A DNA stretch of 47,533 bases, taken from positions 1 to 47,533 of the IMG/VR virus record IMGVR_UViG_3300020235_000016. The stretch is one strand, 5' to 3'. This DNA comes from a virus (Duplodnaviria; Caudoviricetes). Made by a program: the position numbers and the translations under genes. Below the pieces are notes generated by a model. That model worked only from the letters and a program-made list of their open reading frames with translations, had not been told where the DNA came from and did not search any database. This document shows, one piece after another, positions 19,802 through 29,928 of this stretch (position 1 is its first letter; every line of letters starts with the position of its first letter).

Positions 19802-21169
19802 TCACGGCGTGAGGGAATCCTCGAGGATTGCCGCCAGCAGGACGTGCTTGTCGCGCACGTCCGTGCCCATCGTCTCCCGGCAGTACAGGGTCGCCTGGTA
19901 GGCGTCCTTGTCGTCGATCCGGTGGTAGATGGCGCCGTCCTTGTTCATCCACTGAGGATCGGACATCACGTAGATACGCAGGTCCGGCTCGTGGAGGAAG
20001 TAGATGCGGTTGTTGAGGCAGTCGCGGTCGGCGATCACCGGAACACCGTTGTAGTCCAGGGCTTTGTAGCCCCCGTCGTACTCGGTGGTCCCGACGAATT
20101 GCCGATCAGCCAGCAGGAGCATCGCGTAGGCGCGACTGACACCGAAGCTGGTGAGCAGCGCGGTCGGCGCGGCGTCACCCACTTCCATGGCGGTCGTGAA
20201 CGCGTTGTCCATGAGAGCCAGAGAGACCGCGCGATCGTTCGCGGCGGTCTGAACGGTGGACCGGTGCCACTCGTTCGCCGCAGCGGTCGCGTCGATGTTC
20301 TGCAGGTTCCCGTTGTTGGGGTTGCCGTCGTCAACGATCCCGGCGATACCCATGGGCTCGACGTTGTAGGCCGAGTCGAGCACGCTGACGCCAGCGTCGT
20401 CGTTGGAGACCTGGACCAGCCAGTACTCCTGGTTGGCCTCTCCGGTCACCACCGCCGGGTCGAGAGTGATGGACTCCGCCCCTTCGGTTCGGTCCACCGC
20501 CGTGATGACCGAGGTCGGCACGGTCGAGGCGATGGCCCCGGTGTCAGTCCGAATCAGCGCCACCCGCTGACCGACCCGAAGGTACTTCGTCAGCTTCAGC
20601 TGCGGACACTGGTTCTCGGTCGATTCCGGCCAGGCATCGACGAGTTCCAGCGCGTCGTCGGTGTCACCCTCGATGAAGGTGACCCCGCCGCCGGCGTTGG
20701 ACTGCAAGTCGTAATGGATCTGGCCGATGATGCCCGAGCCCTCGAGGTGGTAGGCGCGCTGCTTGTACCGACTCATGTCGATGGCAAGGCCCTTCACCTC
20801 GGACTCGATCGCCTTCAGCCAGGAGGCCATCTGCGTGTTGGAAGCGTCCGCCGTGATCCCGTCGAACTTGACCCGACCGTACACGTGCCGCACCGGGAAC
20901 CTGTACTGGTTGTAGTCCTGTTGACCGGGGTCGGGGAGGTCGCCGCCGGCGCCGATTGCGTTCACGCCGATGTTCCGACCGATGTGGATCGGGAACACGA
21001 CGTTCTTGCCTTCCACGCGCTCGCGGTCCCGAGGGAGCCGCTCGAGGAGCGTGTTCGGCGTGATGACCGTGTCTGCCACTGCCGGCAGGAACAGGTCGTT
21101 GAGAATGTAGTCGTAAAAGGCGTCACCGGCGAGGAACTCAACGCCGTGGCCTGATTCTGAGACAGCCAT
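19802..21169 (-). CDS. Major capsid protein (455 aa)
   Basis: Portal-scaffold-capsid order; motifs GKNVVFPIH, EPMGIAGIVD and GGYKALDYNGVPVIADRDC...RIYFL are typical of HK97-fold MCPs; AGGGAG RBS. Confidence 0.9.
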   Translation of the reverse strand: MAVSESGHGVEFLAGDAFYDYILNDLFLPAVADTVITPNTLLERLPRDRERVEGKNVVFPIHIGRNIGVNAIGAGGDLPDPGQQDYNQYRFPVRHVYGRVKFDGITADASNTQMASWLKAIESEVKGLAIDMSRYKQRAYHLEGSGIIGQIHYDLQSNAGGGVTFIEGDTDDALELVDAWPESTENQCPQLKLTKYLRVGQRVALIRTDTGAIASTVPTSVITAVDRTEGAESITLDPAVVTGEANQEYWLVQVSNDDAGVSVLDSAYNVEPMGIAGIVDDGNPNNGNLQNIDATAAANEWHRSTVQTAANDRAVSLALMDNAFTTAMEVGDAAPTALLTSFGVSRAYAMLLLADRQFVGTTEYDGGYKALDYNGVPVIADRDCLNNRIYFLHEPDLRIYVMSDPQWMNKDGAIYHRIDDKDAYQATLYCRETMGTDVRDKHVLLAAILEDSLTP

Positions 21170-21194
21170 GTATGACTAGCTCCCTTGTTGTCAC

Positions 21195-22034
21195 TCAGTC
21201 GACGGGTAGCCCGAAGGCACGCGCGGCTTCCTTGGTCAGCTTCAAGAGGTTCCCGTCCTGCAAGTCCTTCTTGGTCGGCGGGGTCTTCATGCTGAGTTCC
21301 GGCGTCCAGCGTGCGGGCTTCTCGACCCTGAGCTGTTTGCGATCGTTGGCCTTTTCGATTCGGATGGTCTGCTCGGCCTGGATCAGATCCTGAAACTCAC
21401 TGGCGACCGACGCCGTGACAGCCGCAAGGCTGGAGCGCGGATCGGCCTTCATGATGTTCTTGATCCTGTCCTGAGCGAGCGGAGCAACCTTGTCACTCTT
21501 GAGCCACGGGTATGAGTTCGCCTCGGACTCGATCGCGCTCCTGGCCAGGTTCTCAGCTTCGAGATCGGACCTGGACTGGTTGGCGTCTACGAGCTCGGCG
21601 ATCTTGCTGTGGAGAGATTGCAGCTCCTGCGTGACTTCAGGAGGCAGGGCGCCCGTCGAACGGGGGGTTCCGAGCAAGTCGGCGTCGGGATCGTCGGTAT
21701 CCGCGCTCGCCGCGACCTGCGGGTTGAGCACGGAATCGGGATTCCTAATCGCGGCCTGCACGGCCCTGGCCGTGGTCGGGTGCGCCTCCATGTAGTCGCG
21801 GTATGCCTGGTACTCTCGGTATCTTGCGCCGTCACCCTCGAGAGCTGCGCGCTCGGCTTGAAGCTGCTTCGCTGTGCTCTCCTGGTTCAGGCCTTGCTGG
21901 GCCCACGTCACCACCTTGTCGAGCGGGACCATCTGCTTTTTCCCGCGGACCTTGATCTCGACCTCGGCAGGGGGCGTTGTCTTCTTCGTGTCCGTTTGGC
22001 TGGCATCGCCAGCTACTTGAGTGTCTTCGGGCAT
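21195..22034 (-). CDS. Capsid scaffolding protein (279 aa)
   Basis: IKVRGKKQMVPLDKVVTWAQQG motif plus coiled coils; immediately upstream of MCP; GAGGAG RBS. Confidence 0.75.
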   Translation of the reverse strand: MPEDTQVAGDASQTDTKKTTPPAEVEIKVRGKKQMVPLDKVVTWAQQGLNQESTAKQLQAERAALEGDGARYREYQAYRDYMEAHPTTARAVQAAIRNPDSVLNPQVAASADTDDPDADLLGTPRSTGALPPEVTQELQSLHSKIAELVDANQSRSDLEAENLARSAIESEANSYPWLKSDKVAPLAQDRIKNIMKADPRSSLAAVTASVASEFQDLIQAEQTIRIEKANDRKQLRVEKPARWTPELSMKTPPTKKDLQDGNLLKLTKEAARAFGLPVD

Positions 22035-22056
22035 GGGTCAGCTACTCCTCGGCTCG

Positions 22057-22755
22057 TCAGGCAACGCCCGCGTCAGCCGTTTGGGGTTCGTCTGCCGAAC
22101 GGCCACATAGCCGCTCGAATTCTGACTTGGAGATCTCCTCGATCATCCGCGGGTAGGGGCGGATGGAGAGGACATCTCCCTGTTCGGTGGAGTGGTGCAG
22201 GATCTTCAGCTTGACCTTCGCGCCCTTGAACGCGTAGCAGCACTGGCACCAGACCGTCTTCGACGGCCACATGATTCCGCGCGGCTTGTAGGACGTCGAC
22301 CAGTCGTTCTCGCCGAGGGGCCCCTGGCGCTTGAACATCCAGATCCCCGGCCCGCTGCACCGCTGGCAGCGGACGTACCACATCGAGTCCTCGAACCGCT
22401 TCTTGCGCTCTTCCGTGGTCTCGAGGCGCATCTCCTGGACCATGGTCACCGCGGCCTGCGCCGCGTCGACACGCGACTGCTGTCCGATTTCGTGAACCGG
22501 GATCAGGTGCGCGGTGAGATTGGCCACGGCCCGCTGGAACTCGGGCAGCATCTTGCCGTCGGCCTGCACCCGCACCCCCGAGGAGCCCGGAGGCTTGGAC
22601 TGGGCGCGCTGCGCAACGGCGACGTCCTCGCGCGCGTGCTTCTCGCGGCGTGCCTCTGCCCCGGCCTCGGCCAGGCGCATGGCCTCCTGAGCCATCTCCG
22701 TCAACGGCTCGACTTTCGTGTCGTCGTATTCGATCTCGCTGTCTTTCATCGTCAC
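22057..22755 (-). CDS. Hypothetical protein with CxxC...CxxC putative Zn site (232 aa)
   Basis: CQRC and CQCC motifs; coupled to the portal stop. Confidence 0.65.
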   Translation of the reverse strand: MTMKDSEIEYDDTKVEPLTEMAQEAMRLAEAGAEARREKHAREDVAVAQRAQSKPPGSSGVRVQADGKMLPEFQRAVANLTAHLIPVHEIGQQSRVDAAQAAVTMVQEMRLETTEERKKRFEDSMWYVRCQRCSGPGIWMFKRQGPLGENDWSTSYKPRGIMWPSKTVWCQCCYAFKGAKVKLKILHHSTEQGDVLSIRPYPRMIEEISKSEFERLCGRSADEPQTADAGVA

Positions 22756-24770
22756 CCTCGCATCGCGGGTTGAGAGGCCACGCCCTTCTCGGCGGGCGCA
22801 CCCTGCATCTGCTGTTGAGCCTGCAACTGCTGCATGACCTGCTCGGCCATGCGATTCTTGAAGTCCTGCCAGCGCACAAAGATCTTGGCCTTCGCCTCCT
22901 CGGAGAGCCCCTCGAACTGCGGACCGTTCATGAAGTGCTCGAGGACGGGCAGGCGCGCTTCAGGATCGTGGAAGGGTCGCGGCTTCTCGATGTAGGCGGG
23001 GTCCGAGATCAGCCGGTGCATGATCCGGTGCTCGTCCTCACGCTGGCGCGTGGACACGTCGAGGATCTCCTGGTCGGTGTGGAAGCGCATGGCCGACATG
23101 AACAGCGCACGGTCGGCGGGGTTGCCGGCCGGGTCGAGCCCCTTGGCTGCAATCGCGTCCATCACCGTCTGCTTGTAGGCCTCGCGCGACTCCAGCGGCG
23201 TCGGCTCGGCGCGCAGCTTGAGCTCGTAGTGTCCGCGCAGGTCGGCGCCCACGAACTTGGTGACCTCCACTCCGCCCGACCCCAGGATCTGCGCCACGCG
23301 CGGGCGATCGTAGTGCAGCCCGCCCAGCTGCAGGCACATCGTGCCCGCCTCCTCGATCGACTCCAGCAGGGCGTGACCGATCGGCGTGAGCATCGCGTTG
23401 TTGTCGGCCTGGACCATCTGGATCGCAGCGCCCGAGCGGATGCCCGCCGGCATGGCATTCTTCGCCGGCGAGGCCTGTGCCGAGATCTCGTCCATCTCGT
23501 CCGAGGCGATCTTCGCGTTCTCCGCGATGTACGGCGGCAGGTTGGGCACGGTTCCGAACGTCGGCGCGATGCTGTGCGTGCTGTCGTACTCGTAGATCTG
23601 GCCGGGGACCGAGGTCAGGTTGATGGCCTTCACCGCGGAGTTCTTCGGCAGCCACACAGGAGCGTGGCCGTACGTCTTCTGCCACTCGATCGAGTGCGAC
23701 CTGGCGCGGTTGTACGCCTTCTGGCTCGGGCGCAGCTGCTCGACGAGCGACAGCGCAGTGAAGCGCCCCTCGACCGGGAACCAGTCGATCTTGACGAACG
23801 GCAACGGGTTGCCCGAGGCGGCGTAGGGGTTGCCGCCGTTTTTGATCACCGTGTTCCCCGCCGACATGATGAAGCGGCCCTTCATGTCGTTCCGCGGCGC
23901 CGGCCGCTCCCAGAACTGGATGACACGCGACCTCGAGCCCATCTGGCTCTTCGCGAATGTGCCGAGGCCGTTGTAGCCCTGCAGCCCGCTGGCCAGGCTG
24001 GCGATGTTCTCCTCGTACAGCGCGGCGCCACGCTCGTAGCTGTCGCCCTGGAACCCGAGGTCGCCGAACCGGTCGATCAGGTCTTCGATCGGCACGTAGC
24101 CCACCACGGCCATCCACATGCAGTCGGGGACGCCGCCGGCACGCGCGTTCGGATCCCAGTACACGCTGAAGGCCGACGGCACACTGATGTCCACCTCGCC
24201 GGGATACTCGTCGACGTACCAGCCGTTCTTTTCGTACTCCTGCCGCACCTCAGGGTAGAACTCCGGTTCGAGGTCGCTGTCCTTGCCGTTCTTCGTGTAG
24301 AGCCGGTTGGGTGTTCCGATCTGGTCGTCGAACGTGATCTGCAGCCAGCCCGTGCCGCACAGGGCGGCCTCGAGCACGGCGCGCCGCAGCTTGGCGCGGA
24401 ACTTCGTCACCTGCTTCTGGTACTGCCAGACCTTGAGCGCCGTGTCCGCGGCCAGTATGTCCTGGAAGTCCCCCGACTTGGGCGCAACGACGAAATCCGC
24501 GTTGGTCTGCAGGATCTTCGCCAGGGCCTTCATCACCTTGGGCAGGATCTTGTTGGCCTGGAACAGCTCCCTGTTCATTCCGCGACGGCGCGGGATGCGC
24601 AGCCGGCCATCGTCGAGCACGATGTACTGGGCGCCCATGAAGTACGCCTTGTTGACGAACCACAGCCGCTCCAGCGCGCGCCGCTCGGGGGAGTCGCCCG
24701 TGAGGTCGACGTAGTGGTCGACGTACTGCCGGGCCTCGTGGTCGTTGAAGGTTCCCCGCAGCTTGACCAT
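22752..24770 (-). CDS. Portal protein (672 aa)
   Basis: Follows TerL; NKILP, LCGTGWLQI, VYWDPNA, LVEQLRPSQKAYN and SGAAI motifs of P22-like portals; Gln-rich tail. Confidence 0.88.
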   Translation of the reverse strand: MVKLRGTFNDHEARQYVDHYVDLTGDSPERRALERLWFVNKAYFMGAQYIVLDDGRLRIPRRRGMNRELFQANKILPKVMKALAKILQTNADFVVAPKSGDFQDILAADTALKVWQYQKQVTKFRAKLRRAVLEAALCGTGWLQITFDDQIGTPNRLYTKNGKDSDLEPEFYPEVRQEYEKNGWYVDEYPGEVDISVPSAFSVYWDPNARAGGVPDCMWMAVVGYVPIEDLIDRFGDLGFQGDSYERGAALYEENIASLASGLQGYNGLGTFAKSQMGSRSRVIQFWERPAPRNDMKGRFIMSAGNTVIKNGGNPYAASGNPLPFVKIDWFPVEGRFTALSLVEQLRPSQKAYNRARSHSIEWQKTYGHAPVWLPKNSAVKAINLTSVPGQIYEYDSTHSIAPTFGTVPNLPPYIAENAKIASDEMDEISAQASPAKNAMPAGIRSGAAIQMVQADNNAMLTPIGHALLESIEEAGTMCLQLGGLHYDRPRVAQILGSGGVEVTKFVGADLRGHYELKLRAEPTPLESREAYKQTVMDAIAAKGLDPAGNPADRALFMSAMRFHTDQEILDVSTRQREDEHRIMHRLISDPAYIEKPRPFHDPEARLPVLEHFMNGPQFEGLSEEAKAKIFVRWQDFKNRMAEQVMQQLQAQQQMQGAPAEKGVASQPAMRG

Positions 24771-25048
24771 TACGCGTAGTCGATCTCCTCTTCAGCCGGC
24801 GGGCTGACGAGGTCGTGGTCAATGTCCGGTGGCCGCAACGTCTTCATGTTCGCCACCTGCTGGGCGGCCACAGGATTCTTCATCGCGACGAGGCAGGCCG
24901 TCAAGTCATCGAGCGTTGCCAGCAGGCGCTGCTCCCCCGCAACGCGCTGTTTGCCATGAAGCAAAAAGTACTTGCAGATGACCCACAGGGTAAGCCAGGG
25001 CATCAATTCGCCCATCAGTGCGATCACGAACTGCTCGATCGAATTCAC
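24770..25048 (-). CDS. Small membrane-associated hypothetical protein (92 aa)
   Basis: Hydrophobic N-terminus; overlaps the TerL stop and the portal start. Confidence 0.6.
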   Translation of the reverse strand: MNSIEQFVIALMGELMPWLTLWVICKYFLLHGKQRVAGEQRLLATLDDLTACLVAMKNPVAAQQVANMKTLRPPDIDHDLVSPPAEEEIDYA

Positions 25049-26838
25049 AGGAAGTCCTCGTCCTTGTCCCCTTCGGAATCCGCTACTTCGTCCTCAAAGT
25101 CGCGCCAGTGTCGTTCGGTCGCGGTCTTCGGTTCGGGTGGCGGTGTGTCTGGGATGCCTCGAAGCAGCACGTCCTTCTGCGCCATGACGGTGACGCAGTA
25201 GGCCTCGAGCAGGTCGTCGTGGCGACCTGACGGCGCGCCGTAGGTGAGGTCTTCCTTGACCTCGTACTCCATCATCTCGACCAGGAGCTCCTCGGAGTTG
25301 ATCTCGGGCGGCTCCTCCAGACCAATCAGGTAGCGCACCTCATTCACCATGAGGTACTTGGTCTGCTTGTTCGTGTCCCACCCGAACTTGGGCACCGTGC
25401 GCTTGCCCACGATGCCGTAGACGGGACGCCGGCCGATGCTCGGGTAGCGGCGCTCGACCGCGCGCTGCATCGTGGCCGCACCGGGGCCGTCGACATCGGG
25501 CAGGAAGTACGCGTCGTTGTAGTGGTAGCCGACACAGCAGGCCGCGTCAGCCAGCTCGCTGGGCGTGACGCGCGCGTGGAACTGCGCGCACTGCGCGAGC
25601 GACTCCTTCTCCAGCACGTGGAAGGCCGCGAAGTCACCGACCTGTCCGCCCTCGGAGCTGTCACTGGCGATGATGTACGTGCCGTGCGGCTCGGGGTGGT
25701 GCCAGACCTTGAACGACCCCCGCTGAGCCGCGGACAGGCGGTACTCCAGGCGGTCGTCCACGAAGTCGCCGACCAACACGTCGCCGCGCCAGATGGGATC
25801 CCTGGCCTTGGACCTGGCGCGCTGCACGTGGCGCGAGCTGAACACTGGCCGGCCTGACGACAGCCAGGCGATCTCGGGCGTCGAGGGGAACTCCTGATTG
25901 AACAGGTCGATGTCGTTGAAGAAGTTGTTCCTGATGTGGAACCGGCGCCACTTCAGCTGGCCGAGGTTCAGGCTGAACTTGCTGATGAGGAACTGCTCCT
26001 CGTCGTCGAGGTTCCCCATGATCTTCTCGACGTCGCCCTCCCTCGGCTCGAGATAGTAGTCGAACTCCCAGTCGGAGAACCACGGGAAGAAGAACGCGTA
26101 GTAGTCGTTGTTGCCGTTGCGCGCGTCCCACCAGAAGTCGTGCCACCAGTTGCCTGTGCCATTGGCCGTGCCCTCGTACGACAGCACCGTGCGCGGCGAG
26201 TTGGGCACCGACTGATTGACGGACGCGACCTTGCGCTCGGGGTTGTCCCACGTACCTGGCTCGGTCGCATGCAGGAACGAGTACGTGCGGCCGCGGCAGG
26301 GGTTCTCGGACTTCGCCGTCGCAATGTCGATCCAGCCGTTGATCGGGCTGTCGAAATACAGCTGCTGCCTGTTCTCGTACTTCGTCGGCAGGCGGAACGG
26401 CAGGTGGTCCCTGATCGTCTTGCCGGTCTCGAGCAGCGTCTTGCCCAGCGCCTCTTCGTCGGCGAGCAGGCACGCGCGCACGTTCTCGTTGCGCGTCACC
26501 TCCTCGATCATGTACGCGAGCCAGAGCGTGGAGATGCCCCACTGCCTGGCCTTGAGCGTGGCGCCGCGGAACGGCAGGCCGGCGTGCTCGAACTTGCGGC
26601 GGATGACGTCGATGAACCGCTGCGGCCGGTTCATGATCAGCGGCACGATCTTCCGCCCAGCCTCCCGCTTCTGGGGAATGCGGACGAACGTCTCGATGAA
26701 CGCCCGACGCCGCGGGAACGCGCGGTGCCCGCAGAGCCACTTGTAGAGCTGCATCTCCCGGTTGGGGCCGGGTTGCGTGCTCTGCAGGATGCGCTCCCGA
26801 ACGAGGACGCGCTCAGTCCTTGTGAGCGCCTTCGGCAC
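25045..26838 (-). CDS. terL: Terminase large subunit (597 aa)
   Basis: Walker A LKARQWGIST, Walker B FLHATE, coupling motif EGTANG, QEFP, nuclease acidic residues IASDSSEG and HDD. Confidence 0.95.
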   Translation of the reverse strand: MPKALTRTERVLVRERILQSTQPGPNREMQLYKWLCGHRAFPRRRAFIETFVRIPQKREAGRKIVPLIMNRPQRFIDVIRRKFEHAGLPFRGATLKARQWGISTLWLAYMIEEVTRNENVRACLLADEEALGKTLLETGKTIRDHLPFRLPTKYENRQQLYFDSPINGWIDIATAKSENPCRGRTYSFLHATEPGTWDNPERKVASVNQSVPNSPRTVLSYEGTANGTGNWWHDFWWDARNGNNDYYAFFFPWFSDWEFDYYLEPREGDVEKIMGNLDDEEQFLISKFSLNLGQLKWRRFHIRNNFFNDIDLFNQEFPSTPEIAWLSSGRPVFSSRHVQRARSKARDPIWRGDVLVGDFVDDRLEYRLSAAQRGSFKVWHHPEPHGTYIIASDSSEGGQVGDFAAFHVLEKESLAQCAQFHARVTPSELADAACCVGYHYNDAYFLPDVDGPGAATMQRAVERRYPSIGRRPVYGIVGKRTVPKFGWDTNKQTKYLMVNEVRYLIGLEEPPEINSEELLVEMMEYEVKEDLTYGAPSGRHDDLLEAYCVTVMAQKDVLLRGIPDTPPPEPKTATERHWRDFEDEVADSEGDKDEDFL

Positions 26839-27091
26839 GCTGGACCATTGCTCGCAGTTCGGCTAGGGATGGCATCAGGGCCGCCGGCTCCATGCCGTAG
26901 GCGTGCGCGGTGCGCAGCACCGTCGACAGCATCGGGTTGAGCCGGCTGCCGTTGATGAGGCGCGAGATGGTGGAAGTCTGCACCTTGATCCGCTGGCCCA
27001 TGTCCTGACGCGTGACCCCCGTGTCGAGGATCTGACGCAGGCTGGCGCCGAAGTAGGCAGTGGCGCTCTCGAAGGGGTCGAGGTCAGGCAC
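26813..27091 (-). CDS. XRE-family helix-turn-helix protein (92 aa)
   Basis: FGASLR...TRQDMGQRIKVQTSTISRLING...NPMLSTVLR.A.A.G pattern. Confidence 0.85.
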   Translation of the reverse strand: MPDLDPFESATAYFGASLRQILDTGVTRQDMGQRIKVQTSTISRLINGSRLNPMLSTVLRTAHAYGMEPAALMPSLAELRAMVQRAEGAHKD

Positions 27092-27566
27092 TGGACACCG
27101 CCATTTGAACCGGCTCTTCGCTCCACGGTTTATCGCACCGGGTACACCGCGCTTCGTTCATGTGAAGCATGCGTTTCCCGGAAGAGTCCTCTATGTCTGG
27201 ACCATCCCACGTGTGCTCGACGCCAGCGATCTGGCATTCGCTAAATCGCAGATCGCGCAGCAGGAGGTCGTCATGGCGCATGACGACGAATCCCGCCACC
27301 TCCTCGATCTCCTCCGAGACGTTCAGCCCGGCGAAGGGGCTGAACCACACGTGGTCTCCGACCTGGACCTCGATGGCGCCGATCGTGCCGTCCTCGAGCA
27401 CACGGCCGGGGCCGACGGCGATCACCGTGCCCTTCTTGGGCTTGGACTGCGCCTCCCCAGGCAGCTCGATGTTCCCGATCTTGGTCACCTTGGGATCCCG
27501 GCGCACCAGGATCCGGTCGGACATGGGGATGGGGAGGAGTTCGCGGGGCTTGGATTCGTTCTCCAT
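27084..27566 (-). CDS. groES: Co-chaperonin GroES (Cpn10) with Cys/His C-terminal extension
   Basis: PMSDRILVRR, GNIELP, GTVIAVGPGR, VQVGDHV and MRHDDLL; start taken as ATG 27566 (the track gives TTG 27602). Confidence 0.9.
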   Translation of the reverse strand: MENESKPRELLPIPMSDRILVRRDPKVTKIGNIELPGEAQSKPKKGTVIAVGPGRVLEDGTIGAIEVQVGDHVWFSPFAGLNVSEEIEEVAGFVVMRHDDLLLRDLRFSECQIAGVEHTWDGPDIEDSSGKRMLHMNEARCTRCDKPWSEEPVQMAVSSA

Positions 27567-27610
27567 GGCGAGGCCATAGAGGATTGCCTTGCCCCGTGGC
27601 AAGCCCCTGC

Positions 27611-28114
27611 CTACGCCGGCGCGGAATTATGGGCGGCCGCGTACGCCGCAGGGCCCACCCTGCGGTACTCCGCCAGGAGCTCCGTGAGCAGGGGCGGCTT
27701 CCCGTCGGAATCGTCCGTGGGCGCCGCGTAGGACGTGTATCGGCCGCCGTGGGAGAAGGGCTTCCTCCTCGCCGAGGGCTTCTCGACCGGTGGGCACTCA
27801 CCCTCGAGCATGACCTGAAACAGCCACCCGGAGGGGTTTCGCTTGTCCTTGGAGGTGTTCACGGTTCTCTGCACCCAGGCCCTGACGGGCGTCTCGCCGC
27901 GAAGGAGCACCTGTTTCACCAGATTCGCGGTCAGCTGTTCGCCGCTGAACATGCTCAGGCCCCTGGGGATCAGGCTCTTCCTGAAGATCTCTTCGGCGAT
28001 GTCCTCTGGCTCTTGGCCATGGACAGTTTGGAAACTTGGGGCGGGTACGTTACAAGAATCCTGGCTCTCGGTTTTCATGGACGAGATCCTGCCCTCCCTG
28101 TGGGGCATCGTCAA
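27611..28114 (-). CDS. Hypothetical protein (167 aa)
   Basis: Coupled to the upstream gene; KRNPSGWL resembles motifs in phage DNA-binding/replication proteins (weak). Confidence 0.55.
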   Translation of the reverse strand: MTMPHREGRISSMKTESQDSCNVPAPSFQTVHGQEPEDIAEEIFRKSLIPRGLSMFSGEQLTANLVKQVLLRGETPVRAWVQRTVNTSKDKRNPSGWLFQVMLEGECPPVEKPSARRKPFSHGGRYTSYAAPTDDSDGKPPLLTELLAEYRRVGPAAYAAAHNSAPA

Positions 28115-28635
28115 CCGCCCGGCACCCCAACCCCGCCGGGCGGTTGCGTGTCAGCTCTGGCCGCCAGTTCGATCCCGTTGCGGGCCGTCGCGGCCTCCTC
28201 CAGCATCTCCTCGATGGCGTCGTCCGACATGCTCACATGGGCCCTCTCCGCGTTCTTGAGCATGCCCTTCATCTCCGCGAGGGCTTTCCACGAGGCGAGC
28301 TGAACCGCGGGGCGGCGCTTGTCGAGCGCCAGGGCGTGCAGCCCGGCAACGACGTCGTCCTCGCTGATGTCCTCCAGCTTGAGCTTGCCTGATGCGATGT
28401 CAGCCATGATCTGATCCAGGTTCTTGTCGTGCTCGAGGACGGCGGCCTTCCAACGAGCGGTCATCTCGGGGTCTCGCTTGACGCTGGGGGATCCATTCCT
28501 CTGCGGCCACAGCTTACGCCGGCGGCGGTCGATCTCGCAGCCATCGTACAGGCCGCCGGTGATCATGTACGCGGCCTCGTGGTCGTCGTCGGGCAGCTCG
28601 GCCGCCGTGCGCGGTGGACTCCATGCCGTGCTCAT
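28111..28635 (-). CDS. Probable terminase small subunit (174 aa)
   Basis: Start reassigned to ATG 28635 (ATGA overlap); ISEDDVVAGLHALA...QLASWKALAEMKGM resembles the TerS oligomerisation helices; upstream of terL. Confidence 0.5.
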   Translation of the reverse strand: MSTAWSPPRTAAELPDDDHEAAYMITGGLYDGCEIDRRRRKLWPQRNGSPSVKRDPEMTARWKAAVLEHDKNLDQIMADIASGKLKLEDISEDDVVAGLHALALDKRRPAVQLASWKALAEMKGMLKNAERAHVSMSDDAIEEMLEEAATARNGIELAARADTQPPGGVGVPGG

Positions 28636-29927
28636 GCCGCGTGCGCCCTTCTGCGCCCGGTGGCCGGCGGCTTGTCGGCAAGGAACACCATGTTCCCACA
28701 CTTCACCGCGGTATTCGTCGTCGTCGGCGTGTAGGTGAACCCCGTGGCGTCGATCGAATCGAGCACCGGATCTGCGATGCCGATGTTGCCGGTCTCCGTC
28801 GTGACCCGCACCCAATCCCCGTCGTACCGCTGCTCGCCGCTGGAGTTGTTCGAGTTGTCGTCCGCCCACCACGCCTGCTGATGCGAGGTGATCCCGTCGT
28901 CGGTCATCACGAACACACCAGGAGCGTTGGTGTTGCCGACGCGGTTTGCATCGCGGTTCGTGTTAGGAAGGAATCCCATCGTGCCGAACATCAGCTCGAA
29001 CGCGAAGCCAACGAACGTGGTCGACTTCGAGCCGGTGTTGAAGTCGGCGGCCCAGTCCTCGAGGTGGATGTCGACGTTGCCCCCCCACGACAGCGCGACG
29101 TAGCCCATGATCTGCTTGCCGCTCTGGTCCCTGGTCGTAATCACGAACTCCTGATTGGCGAAGGACGTGACCTCCAGGTTGGGGTACAGGGCCGGCCCCG
29201 GCGAGGGGTTGCGAACCACGTAGGGCTGCGCCGCGCCAACCGACGAGATGTACTGTGCGCAGTCCTGCTTGGTAGCGTTGTTTTCGCGGCCCCAAGCCTG
29301 CGTGACCTGTCGCTCGGTCCCATCGTTATGGCAGAACCCGATCGAGAAGATGGCCTCGCTAGCGTACGTGTTGTCCCAGGTGTCCCCCCCGTTCGCGCCA
29401 CAGATCAGCAGCTCGGGCTCGATCCCCGAGAAGGCTGCGCCGAGTGACACCGTGGTCGCAGTGTCCTCGCCCGCGCTGGCGGTCGTCGTGCCCACCTCGA
29501 CGATGAGATCGCCTCCCTTCATGAACAGGTAGGTCATCCTCCAAGCCGAGCCGGGCGCGGAGCCGCCATTCCAGTCGATGCGAATTCCGTCCGTGATGCC
29601 TGCCCCGAAGACGGCGAAGTCGGACACGACTGGGGCGGAGGGATCGGCCAGCGTTGCGAGCTGGATCAGGCGCGCAACGCAGCCGTTCTTGCTGGTAGCC
29701 ATGACGGCGAGCCCGCCGCCCTCGTTCTGGATCCCCATGCACCATTCGTTGGTGAGGTCGGTGTGCCCCCAGGAGAAGTTCTCGTTGACCGTATCTGCCC
29801 CGTCCGAGGTCGTGGCGGTGACGAAGACCATCACGTAGTCGGGCGTCCCGAAGCCTGAGATCGTGAGGTCCTGGGTCGTGGCCCCCGTGTCGGCGTTGGC
29901 CTTCCCGACTGCGAAGGTGTTCACCAC
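28632..29927 (-). CDS. Virion/tail-associated beta-rich protein (431 aa)
   Basis: Thr/Gly/Asn-rich with recurring GF.P..V/L motifs; follows the fibre gene. Confidence 0.6.
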   Translation of the reverse strand: MVNTFAVGKANADTGATTQDLTISGFGTPDYVMVFVTATTSDGADTVNENFSWGHTDLTNEWCMGIQNEGGGLAVMATSKNGCVARLIQLATLADPSAPVVSDFAVFGAGITDGIRIDWNGGSAPGSAWRMTYLFMKGGDLIVEVGTTTASAGEDTATTVSLGAAFSGIEPELLICGANGGDTWDNTYASEAIFSIGFCHNDGTERQVTQAWGRENNATKQDCAQYISSVGAAQPYVVRNPSPGPALYPNLEVTSFANQEFVITTRDQSGKQIMGYVALSWGGNVDIHLEDWAADFNTGSKSTTFVGFAFELMFGTMGFLPNTNRDANRVGNTNAPGVFVMTDDGITSHQQAWWADDNSNNSSGEQRYDGDWVRVTTETGNIGIADPVLDSIDATGFTYTPTTTNTAVKCGNMVFLADKPPATGRRRAHAA

Positions 29928-29928
29928 G

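Noticed and set aside
27573-27602. TTGCCA-N18-TATGGC leaderless promoter for groES
   Set aside because: Poor -10 match; possible but unsupported.
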